Part shown: in pieces, positions 53,908-64,000 of the stretch | How positions within the stretch are numbered: position 1 is the stretch's first letter | How the letters are laid out: each line of letters starts with the position of its first letter | From: Octopus bimaculoides | Taxonomy: Eukaryota | Length of the DNA stretch: 64,000 nucleotides | Assembly (NCBI RefSeq): GCF_001194135.2 | Contig: NC_068986.1 | Span: 65,945,778 to 66,009,777, forward strand | Reading direction: 5' to 3' | The notes under the pieces: model-generated | What the model was told of the DNA's origin: nothing | Database searches by the model: none | What the model saw: only the letters and a program-made list of their open reading frames with translations | Translations under genes and position numbers: made by a program

Positions 53908-54434
53908 TATCTTGACTTGTAATAAAACATTAAAACTTTCATAAGAGCTTCCAATTTTTAGTATATCATTGTGGCTAACGGTGGAACCTCAAACCCTCGA
54001 TGCTTTTTGGCTGGGATTGGTGTACTACAGGAAGCATAAAACATTAATCTTCAGCTTTTGTAGTCTAGAGTACACCAATGACGATTCTCTAATTGAGCCA
54101 CTGACACTACCACCTCAAAGGTACTTTTACGCAGTTACAAACCCTGCTAAAAGTTTCTCTCAGTTCACACCGTACCGTCTTCAATAAAGAGATACTGCAA
54201 TATAGTCCCTGAGATACTGAACTGAAAGGGTTATAGCTGGAATATCTTTGATCAAGTTCTACTCGATCAAAGAATAAATAACAGAGAATAAATAACAATA
54301 TCCACACTTTAATGTAAACAGATAGATAATATTTTACAATATCATTTGTCGTGGGTCTTTAGCCCAAATTGAATTAGACACTTGCGTTTTTCAGTTAGGA
54401 AAATTTTGTCAGCAACCGGACGTGATGACGCTAT

Positions 54435-54756
54435 GAAGCGTAGTTTAGTGGTTAGGGTATTTGACTCACGATTGTAAAGTCATACGTTCGATTCTCGGCG
54501 GGCGTTTTGTGTCTTTGAGCAAGACACTTTATTTCTTGTTGCTCTAGTCCACTCAACTGGCAAAAATGAGTAGTACCTGTATTTCAAAAAGCCAGCATTA
54601 TCACATTCCGTTTCACGCTGAATCTCTCTGAGAACGATGTTAAAAATACATGTCTGTGAAGTGCTCAGCCACATGCACGTTAATTACATGAACAGACTGT
54701 TCTACTGATCGGATCAACTGGAATCATCATCGTCGTCGCAACTGACGATGTGCCAA
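54435..54756 (+). mobile_element. SINE family C1 flanked by about 175-bp direct repeats
   Basis: Flanks 54260-54438 and 54758-54930. Confidence 0.9.
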
Positions 54757-55633
54757 TTACTCGATCAAGGCTCACAGAGAATAAACAGCACTATCAACAC
54801 TTTAATATAAAAGATCGATTATATTTTACAATATCATTTGTTGTGAGTCTTTATCCCAAATTGAACCAGGCACTTATGTTTTCCAATAATGAAAATTTTG
54901 TCAACAACCGGATGTGATGACATCACGAAGAAATTAACCAATGTTATTCCTTGGCCAGAAAACTGAACTGACTGCCTTCAGGAAAAATAAAAGGCTATTC
55001 AAGTGGCAAAAAAATAACTTGATGTCATCAAGAGACGACCCAATCATGGTTGTTGAGGGTGATTAATCAAAAGCTAGACGGAGTCTCTCAAATAATGAAC
55101 TAAAAGACATTCGAGCATTGTCATAAACACATCAGCAACCTTTCAACAAATAAATGTTGTACTTGACAGCTAGACCTAGCAAGTACAACATTGCTTTTCT
55201 TCCCGTTACTTCGTCAGACCATTTTTAATGTATAAAGAATTGCAACCGCGACTTCGGTTTCTTATCTCCATATTCAAAGAGCTTTTCATTGGTGGGACTG
55301 CATGATAAAGAACCGAGCAGCTTTACTTCCAACACAGAACTTGGGACGCAATAAATCTGAGACATGGTGTATGCTATATTTTCCTCTCTTTAATATAAAT
55401 AAATGATACATAACACACTAAGGAATAGGATTATATCATTCTCGCTATACAAATTGTATTTATTGTAGGCTGAGGTACAATAGGTCAAGTATACATTCTA
55501 AGGTAACGATTCATCGAGAGACCTCGAAAATGTAATATGAAAAATGCTAAGGTGGTTACAGCTGACATATTTTTGGTCATAGGTGTGTGCATTTGTAATC
55601 AAGCTGGGATTAGCCAAATATCTGTGAGATTAA

Positions 55634-56526
55634 GCCTTTAGCATTCAGGTTATTCTGTCAAATGTAATGCGCATATATTTACAGTTTTGGGATCTATTTC
55701 AAAACGGGGGCACCAGTATTTTCTTAACGAAACCCTAACGAAACACTTTGAAACTTGGGACACTGGTAGAATGTGTCATATAAAACATCTTTTACTCTTA
55801 GTCTTCTTAACAAAAAAACGTACATCGCAAGTTATTCCATGTTAAAGTTGTCGTATTTCTGTAATTTCAACCAATCACTGACGTCTATTCAGCTGAATAG
55901 AGTTACTGCTGGGCGGTCATAAAAATGTTATTTCCTATGACATATTTCATCCGGTTTAATCGTAATTTATACGCATATATTGTTTATATAATAAATTACG
56001 CTGTGCGTATCTATGTGTGTAACAATTTTAGAGTTCGGATTCTAGAGTTAGGGTTAGTTTTAGGGTTAGGGTTANNNNNNNNNNGGGTTAACAGTCTAGT
56101 TAGGGTTAGGGGTAGGGGTAGGGTTAGGGGATTAATACGATATACACCGTTACAGCGCTAACTGTTTTCAACTGAATAGACGTCAGTGATTAGTAGAAAT
56201 TATCGAAATAAGACAATTTTTTACATGAAATAAATTCGAATACAAAATTTTTTTTCTGTTCTATAACACAAAATAGATAAGTATACGAAGTTTGAAAGTC
56301 TTTCGGTACCAAAAACACTACATAAAACATAAACGAAAACTGGTGCCCCCGTTTTGAAATAGATCCCAGTTTTGAATTGATCATACATAATCTCGTAGAT
56401 TTTGATACGATAGTTTATTTTTTAAATGGCATTGCAGCGTAGGTTTGAGAGGCCAGATTTGGTCACTTTGAACATAAAACAGGTAGAATATTTTGACCGG
56501 GTGTGACCAATTTAGTTGCTAAAGGG
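55634..56526 (+). mobile_element. piggyBac-type MITE hosting a nested MITE
   Basis: TTAA at 55630-55633 and 56527-56530; (G/C)CCTTTAGCA..TGCTAAAGGG termini. Confidence 0.8.
55689..56367. mobile_element. Unclassified MITE with 29-bp perfect TIRs and central TTAGGG repeats
   Basis: GGGATCTATTTCAAAACGGGGGCACCAGT TIRs; AGTTTT duplicated on both sides; TTAGGG-like repeats at about 56047-56130. Confidence 0.9.
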
Positions 56527-56643
56527 TTAATCATATTGTGTGACATTGAAGACTTCATAATGATATTAATAAGAGAAATTTTGGTAAAAATTCTTCAATT
56601 GAATATTGAGTCATGATCTCTCGAGTAAAATGAATTAACTTGT

Positions 56644-56715
56644 CTCCCCTATAAAGAATCGAACCCCACTCTCTCGCATAACAGGCGAGTACACTTCTCA
56701 CTATACTACCGAGGA
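56644..56715 (-). pseudogene. Degenerate tRNA-Asp copy (anticodon reads GTT)
   Basis: TCCTCGGTAGTATAGTGAGAAGTGTACTCGCCTGTTATGCGAGAGAGTGGGGTTCGATTCTTTATAGGGGAG, 72 nt, colinear with the intact gene. Confidence 0.8.
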
Positions 56716-57680
56716 CTGGCTAACAGAGAAATCTAATTTATTATAGATAACAATCTGTCACTCATTATTTATTATATGTATTTCTTTTCATGTAAAACTA
56801 AATTGTTTTTGTTTCATTCTTGCCAGAATTAGTCATTTAGAAAATTATTGTTTTCGTCATAACAGCATTGATTTTGTACTGGTAATGGTGGTGGTTATTG
56901 TGACTGTTGTTGTTGTTAGTCGTCGTCGTGGAGATGATAGTGAAAGTGTCAGAAGCCATTGTAATAGTTGTCGTGGTATGATGTAACTTGAGGAATGTTA
57001 GCTGCTTCTCCCTCCCCCAGAATGAGTAAAACCTTGTTAATGATTCGTTATCAGAAGTGTTTAAACAGAAATTATATCAGTGGAATCCACCCCATAACGT
57101 TACAGGTGCTTCTTTACTTGCCACTTTAATTGTGATTTCTATCGATTAGACATTAATTTTACTCATTAATAGAACTATTTAGTCAACTGTATAGACCTTA
57201 ACATATTACAGGTATATATTGATCCAGAATAAAAGATGTGGTTTCTCTCTAGGTCCCGGTTTTTTCTTCAGGATTAATATGTCAAAGCGATATCATTTGT
57301 TGTCCCGGCGCCCCTATGCCTTCAACAGGAATTGTGGGCCCAAGACAAAAATGTAGCTAATTTTGCCAAGCTTTCAATAGAGCCTCGATGCTGCTTAATC
57401 TGTTTGAAATAATAGTCAAATCTGATTTAAATCACATCCTTCCATCGTATCGAAGAAGATACAGTAGGTCTGAATAATTAATTAAGAATTGAACTCATAT
57501 AAAATTTCATATTTATGAGATGAATCAGATTATGACGTACATGTGTTTACACTAATATTAATGATGATTAAGACAGAGAAAAGGCTTCAACAGGGTCGAA
57601 ATCAACTCTCAGACTTTCGTTGATTTAAAAGAATTCCAAATCAAAATTTAATGTGAAATAAAAAGCAAAAACATTGGTGC

Positions 57681-57785
57681 CTCCCCGGCGAGGAATCTAA
57701 CCTCGGTCTCCCTCGTGACAGGCGAGGAATCTAACCTTGGTTTCCCTCGTGACAGGCTGGGATACTTACACTATTCTACCGAGGA
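57681..57785 (-). pseudogene. tRNA-Asp(GTC) pseudogene with a 34-bp internal tandem duplication
   Basis: Anticodon-to-T-arm segment duplicated (57687-57720, 57721-57754); B-box reads GTTAGATT. Confidence 0.85.
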
Positions 57786-57939
57786 ACGACCGCCAGGAAC
57801 ATCAATTTTATCTGTTTTCATTATATTATCTACTTCAGTCAATTGTTAACTTTTTCTGTTTGTTGTCTATCCACATCTAATAGCTATAAGTATGTCAACA
57901 TAGGCAGAGAGGAGTGTGCTTCATATTAAATGGATATAA

Positions 57940-58383
57940 GGCGTAGGCATGGCTGTGTGGTAAGAAGTTTACCTCCCAACAACATGGTCCTGGGTTCAGT
58001 CCTACTACGTGGCATGTTGGGCAAGTGTCTTCTACAATAGCCTCAGATCGACCAAAACCTTGTGAGTGGATTTAGTAGGTGGAAACTGAAAGACGTTCAT
58101 CATATATATCTGTGTGAGTGTGTACGTGTGTGTGTATGCGTATGTGTGTGTGTGTGGTGATAACGAACACAGTCATTGTGTCGGTGTTTGTCCCCACCAC
58201 CACTTGACAACCGGTGTTGGTGTGTTTACGTCCCCGTAACTTAATGGTTCGGCGAAAGAGATCGATAGGATAATTACAAGGCTTAAAAAAAAATAGAGGT
58301 CGATTCGTTCGACTAAAATCCTTGGAGGCGGTGCCCCGGCATGGCCACACTCTAATGACTGAAACAAATAAAAGATAAAAGAT
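57940..58383 (+). mobile_element. SINE family A, full length
   Basis: All blocks present in order; ends (AAAAGAT)n. Confidence 0.9.
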
Positions 58384-58899
58384 TCGGTAGGGTTTCCCTG
58401 TGGTGGTGAAAATCTTACTGTACTCAACATGAGCTATACAATTAATAGAAGGAAAAAAACTCTCTAGAATTGCTTAGAATTCATCTCATTACTCCAGTAC
58501 AAAGTCACAATGTAATACAATTCAACACGGAATCGAAACAAGCTCTTTGGTTTAAGCTCAATGTTGTGGGTTTATAAAAGACTGAAACATAAACTAAGAG
58601 ATTTACGTGTGAAAAAGCACGGCTTTCCCGATGTAGCAGGTGGTGATACTAACTGCAGTACTGCCAGGCAGGGGTTAAATGCTATTTAATTATTAGGTGT
58701 TTCATTAAAGATTACAATTTCTGTTCATTGTAGATGTAAATTCTAAAACCTAATCTGTGGGAAAGAAAACAGTTACCAATGAAATTTAAAACGTCCCCCA
58801 AAATTTGTTTTAAAAAAACTATAGTCAACAGATAAAACTCAGATTATAAAATTATCAAGTTTTCTCAATAATATAACTACATTTTACTTTCCTGTATTT

Positions 58900-60900
58900 G
58901 TAGACCACAATAATTATTCTTCTCTTGTTCCTCTTGAAAGTGTAAACAGTTTGTAATTATATTTCTCCTTACAGCACCTTCTTTCAAGTCCTTGGTTAAT
59001 TTTTTTCCCTGGCTTCCACCTTGTGTATTCTATATGATTTTTATTAACAGATTACTTTGCAAGGAATCTACATTTTACAGCCTCTGCTTTTAAAGATTGA
59101 CACAGTTGATTAGCGAGAATGTTCTTCCTCTGTACGCCTGCGTATGTGGCCAGATAGTTAAAATGGTCATAAAATTGGATAACAAATCATGTTTCCAATT
59201 ATAAGGTTTATCTTTTGTGTTTTTTAACTTGTACAGTTACTCAAGAATATTTTTATTTTAGAGTTTGGTAAACTGTCTGCTAGAAAATGATAACACTTAC
59301 ATTGATACTCAACATCAGTTAGACTGCTTTTTGCCAGAAAAGATAGAAAAAGAACAGCTAGTGGAATGATACATGTAAAAGATATGCAAAAATCATAAGC
59401 TATCTTTGGTTCCATTACTTTTAGTTCAGCAAAAATTCCACCATCAGTAATAGGAAACATTTTTTTTATTACTTAAATATTAAATTCCACTTGAAATTTC
59501 TCACAATCAATTTTAAAATTTCCAACACTGATTTCATCATTAACCGAATCGTCAATTAAATGTGCTGTTGCCTTTCCCCTGTATAGACAACGTTGATGTT
59601 TTTGTAATGACATTCATTGCTTGGATAAATTTCTCATAATTTAACGTTCTTCAATAATTCATTTTTATAAGAGACTCAAGAGCTTTTTTATATTTTGATG
59701 ATGTCATTAGATATAGAAGATATAATCTAAAATACCCAAATTGAAATTTAGCATTCAGAAAATTCACTTTCCATGGCACATACTAAAAAAGAGAAGGTTG
59801 CATGTACTGGTTTCGCAATTGCTTCATATCATAAACTCCCCTGTGGTCATCAAGTTTGCTAGCTTTCGATTTGAAAATAGAGCCTCACATTATTTCAGTG
59901 TCACCGTAATGACTATATCTCAAGAAAGCAACTTTGCTAACCAGTTGACACAACCGTTCCTTAAGTGTGAAGTTCTACTATCTGTTGCTTCTGCGAGAAA
60001 AATAAAATATCAAGTATTTTCAAGAAAGCATCCAAATATAAGGGAAATATACTTACAAATGACTAGCACAGAAAAGCGACAATAAAAACAAAGGGTAGCA
60101 ATTTCTCGATTCCACTTTTAGTGCTCATCAAGTCGCTGAAGAACAGCTACAGTTTTTAAAGGAAAATTTTTATCTAGCGAAATGATAATATCTAACAGTG
60201 CATCTACACCATACTTATTTAAACCAAAGTATTCCGCAATTATAGCTAAAATTTTTGGGCAACTGAAATCTCAGTATTCTCATCATTTATGATAGAAAAC
60301 TTTTGTGTCTTATCACTATTTTCTACGAAAGGCTCTTCTGTTCTGAATGATATACGAAAGTTTTGCTCTTTTCATTCATGAGTTTTCAACAATCTTACTA
60401 TCCGGAAATTCTCTCTTCCATACTGTCAGAGAGATGATTAATGCTTACAAAGGGAATGTTATTATCAGTAAAATAGCTAGCAATAAGCAGTTCACTTATA
60501 GCTGATTGTCCTTTTCTTCCTTAACTTCTTTTGCATCATAAATTGCATATGAACACTAGATTTAGACACATTAATTAAAACATTTCTTACATTTTATAGA
60601 GGTTTTGTTTTTCATTAGCAACATTACAACGTTTGTAGTAGCTAACTTCTTGTCAATTTTTATCCTATTGAAGTTACTCCTTAAATGTAGCATTAGGCAG
60701 GAATTGTTCCTTGAATGAGAGCACACACCACTTCCGTTTTGAGGAACTTTCATCTCATTCTTCATTATGCAGAAGGAAAATATATAAATGCAGCAAAGAT
60801 ATACTGACCGAAAAAATTGGATCACTCAATAGTCGATAGGTACAAAACAGCAAACAGCTACTGCACGACAACTGAATATGCATCATACAAAATTCTAATA
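58900..60900 (-). mobile_element. Decayed hAT transposase remnant
   Basis: PKIAYDFCISFTCIIPLAVL..SFLAKS resembles the hAT dimerisation domain; upstream degenerate hAT-like segments. Boundaries uncertain. Confidence 0.55.
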
Positions 60901-62890
60901 TGTTTAGGTAACGACTAATCTATCAAAAGTTTATTTGAAGATAATTACAAATTTTTGAAGTAATTATAAATATATGTAAACTATTTTCGAAAATTTGAAT
61001 CATGAAAAAATTTTAACTACTTTCAAAATATAAATACCCTAGGCGTATAACCCGACGTCAAAATTGAACGAAATGCATTGAAATTGGTAAACGTGTGGCT
61101 GAAAAGAGGTTGCAGACAATTTGATTGAGAAATCTCATAAAGAATCGGTGTATCGATTTTTCCACTCATCGATTGTTTCTTTTTTTTTTTTTGAGAACTT
61201 AAAGCATTCGAATATCCCATAAGTCCTAAGCAACGCCGGCATCAAGTTTGAACAAAATACGTCAAAATTGGTAAAAAATTATGGTTAACAATAAGGTGTA
61301 GACAATTTTAGCGGGAAATCCTATAAGGAATCGGTTTATCGATTTTTCATCCTGATTGAAAAGAAAACCCCATAAGGAATCAGTTTATTGATTTTTCACC
61401 CCCCAACTAGGACTTAACCGAATACAACACTGCTGATTCAAAAAATCTATATTTATAATTTGAAGTTGGTTTTCATACCCAACCCAATCCTGTAGAATCA
61501 GTGTCACGAAGGGAACGCATGGGTTAGGAGAAGAAGTGATCAGGTTGCACATGCCGGCCCTTTCAAACCACCCACCCCAACATTTAACCCACAACCCATT
61601 GGCCCATGGGTTGGGGACCCTTCCGGCAAGGAAAATATAAGGCCCAGAAAAGCCCCCAATTCTCTGTGTAAGAAGAGATTATGTTCACATCAAAACTAAG
61701 CCTTAACCTAAAGCTAAGCTAATCTAACGAAAGGGGGCTCGGGAGCCTCTGAAAGACAGCGACTAGTCTCGATCTTGACTTAACTCATTCTTGGGGTACT
61801 CCGATTTGTGTGTGACTGTAAAACTGAGATCATCATCTCCTTCCAGCTGCACTTGCTTTCACTGGCCACTTGTATCAGCGTGGAACTGACGCACTGCTCC
61901 TACAAGTAAATCCATATATTCTCAGCATCATTTCAAGTGTTTCTTCAGAGACTTTACTAAGATACACTAAAATATTTATTGCAAAGCGTCTTTCCAATTA
62001 TTTCTTCCCCTCCTTACTGCATTCTACAAACTACTTAGTTCTGGCAAGTATTCATTAAAGACTTCCTTAAAAGTGCTCTTACATACATGCGAATAGAGGT
62101 TGAATAATAGCAGCAACATTAGCCACAGCAAAAGCAACGTTATCATGCGAGTGCATAGAGATTCGCAAGGGAAATGCATTTTGTTTAATGTAGAACTAGA
62201 TACATTTCGAATGAAGTGCGACGACTGCATTGCCTTTCATCATATTGTGCTTCAATCTCCACTCACCCGGGACTAAACAGAAAAAGCATAAACGTCCCGA
62301 GTAAAGAGCAGTGGATGCATCCGTCTAACGTTCCAGAGCGACACGCTTGCTGTATTTGTCATACTTGTCGTCTGAGTGCGTAAATATGAGGAAATATATT
62401 CGGGTTCCTTGAAACAATTAAGCTGTTGTACTTTGCATAATATTTAATATGATCCTTCAACATGTCAAATTCGGGTTATGTTTTAGAATACTTATGTATA
62501 TATTAAGAAAGGAAAGTGGAAGATTTACGAAGACAAAACGTTTCTTCAAGGAAGTTATGCTTACATTTATTACGCGAAGCGAATAGCGAACGCGAAGTCT
62601 CAAATTTAATAGCGCGTTTGTCCAACACACACATTTTACTCACAGACGAAGCCAAGACATCAAGATTGATCACTGAAGTAGGAAGTGGAGAGAATCATAA
62701 TATTTCGCGTCTATCGAATTAGAACGAATGCAAGCGAGATTGCTAGAAAAACTTGTCAGTAAGATTCAGCAGTCGTACTTATTTAAGACAATTGAACTTC
62801 ATATCTGGAAACAAGTGCAAGCAGTTAATGACATAGAGGAATAGATATTCTGTAATGAAATGTGCGAAATTGAAGACGGCTTCTCGTCAG

Positions 62891-62943
62891 TCTTCGGTAG
62901 TATAGTGGTGAGTATCCCCGCCTGTCACGCGGCAGACCGGGGT
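62891..62943 (+). tRNA. trnD-GTC: tRNA-Asp(GTC), 3' end lost in the assembly gap, two variant bases
   Basis: TCTTCGGTAGTATAGTGGTGAGTATCCCCGCCTGTCACGCGGCAGACCGGGGT followed by Ns. Confidence 0.75.
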
Positions 62944-63631
62944 NNNNNNNNNNNNNNNNNNNNNNNNNNNNNNNNNNNNNNNNNNNNNNNNNNNNNNNNN
63001 NNNNNNNNNNNNNNNNNNNNNNNNNNNNNNNNNNNNNNNNNNNACTTAATCGCATCAAAAGACCCATGTCCCAAAAGATTTCATACTTTCACTACTTACA
63101 AACACATTCAAAACTCTGGTCTCCATTAAGCTGAAGTCCGCGCCTCTAAAAACAATTCAGCTGTTGTACTTTGCATGATATTTAATATGATCCTACAACA
63201 TGTCAATTTCGGTCTATGTTTTAGAACACTTATGTATATATTAAGAAAGGGAAGCGGAAGATTTACAAAGACAAAACCTTTCTTCAAGGAAGTTTTGCTT
63301 ACATTTATTACGCGAAGCGAATAGCGAAGCGAATAGCGAACGCGAAGTCACAAATTCACTAGCGCGTTTGTCCAACGCACACATTTTACTCACAGACGAA
63401 GCCAAGTCATCAAGATTAATGAATGAAGTAGGAAGTGGAGAGAATCATAATATTTCGCGTCTATCGAATTAGAACGAATGCAAGCGAGATTGCTAGATAA
63501 ACTTGTCAGAATGATTCAGCAGTCGTAGGTAATTGAACTTCATATCTGAAAACAAGTGCAAGCAGTTAATGACATAGCGGAATAGATATTCTGTAATGAA
63601 ATGTGCTAAATTGAAGATGGTTTCTCGTCAG

Positions 63632-63703
63632 TCCTCGGTAGTATAGTGGTGAGTATCCCCGCCTGTCACGCGGGAGACCGGGGTTCGATTCCCCGCCGGG
63701 GAG
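63632..63703 (+). tRNA. trnD-GTC: tRNA-Asp(GTC), intact
   Basis: Acceptor TCCTCGG/CCGGGGA, anticodon stem CCCGC/GCGGG with loop CTGTCAC, T-arm CGGGG-TTCGATT-CCCCG. Confidence 0.97.
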
Positions 63704-63715
63704 ACGTTAACGGTA

Positions 63716-63720
63716 TTTTT
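63716..63720 (+). terminator. Pol III oligo-T terminator
   Basis: TTTTT 12 nt downstream of the intact tRNA. Confidence 0.7.
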
Positions 63721-64000
63721 ATTTCTTCTTTTAACTTTACTGAAGCGAGAAATCTGGCATATATCCCTGACAGGCCCGAGTGACTAGCCTTTTTTGCTTC
63801 CAGCGTGCTTTTCACATAGATTACTAGTAAAATCATCGCTAACATACACGTTATCCCATCAAAAGACCCATGTTCCAAAAGATTTCATACTTTCACTACT
63901 TACAAACACATTCAAAACACTGGTCTCCATAAAGCTGAAGTCCTCGCTTCACTTCGCTTGTTGTAGTTCAGCTGAAACATGTTCAGCTCCTCATGGAATT

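Larger units (their letters stand above)
62412..63922 (+). repeat. Tandem duplication of an about 0.75-0.8 kb tRNA-Asp-containing unit
   Basis: 62412-63140 aligns with 63149-63922, across the N gap at 62944-63043. Confidence 0.95.

Noticed and set aside
62412-63922. CRISPR-like or prokaryotic repeat interpretation
   Set aside because: Eukaryotic context; the units are long tRNA-containing duplications with no repeat-spacer pattern or cas genes.

Overview
Eukaryotic, AT-rich, gapped (N-run) scaffold. It is almost entirely repeat-derived, and the SINE/MITE families resemble those I recall from octopus (cephalopod) genomes (inference, not a search result). No intact host protein-coding gene is supported; most track ORFs are microsatellite or gap artefacts. 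Content: decayed class II elements (maT/Tc1, several mariners, Chapaev3 nested in a Helitron, hAT, piggyBac-type MITEs), decayed non-LTR retroelements (RTE, CR1/Jockey-like, HERO/R2-superfamily-like, three Penelope-like remnants), three tRNA-derived SINE families in many copies, and a tRNA-Asp(GTC) cluster at 56.6-63.7 kb (one intact gene, one gap-truncated, two decayed). The most notable signal is non-coding: four unrelated families of minimal type I hammerhead ribozyme motifs with palindromic helix III (17.2, 20.25, 21.0-21.6, 38.7 kb). One of them sits in a short element joining a tRNA-like Pol III head, an (AAT)n linker and an intact hammerhead behind a fold-back palindrome, a candidate Penelope-dependent ribozyme SINE. 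Also notable: insertions flanked by 110-340 bp direct repeats, fold-back inversions, and a MITE carrying telomeric repeats. All alignments and folds were done by eye.
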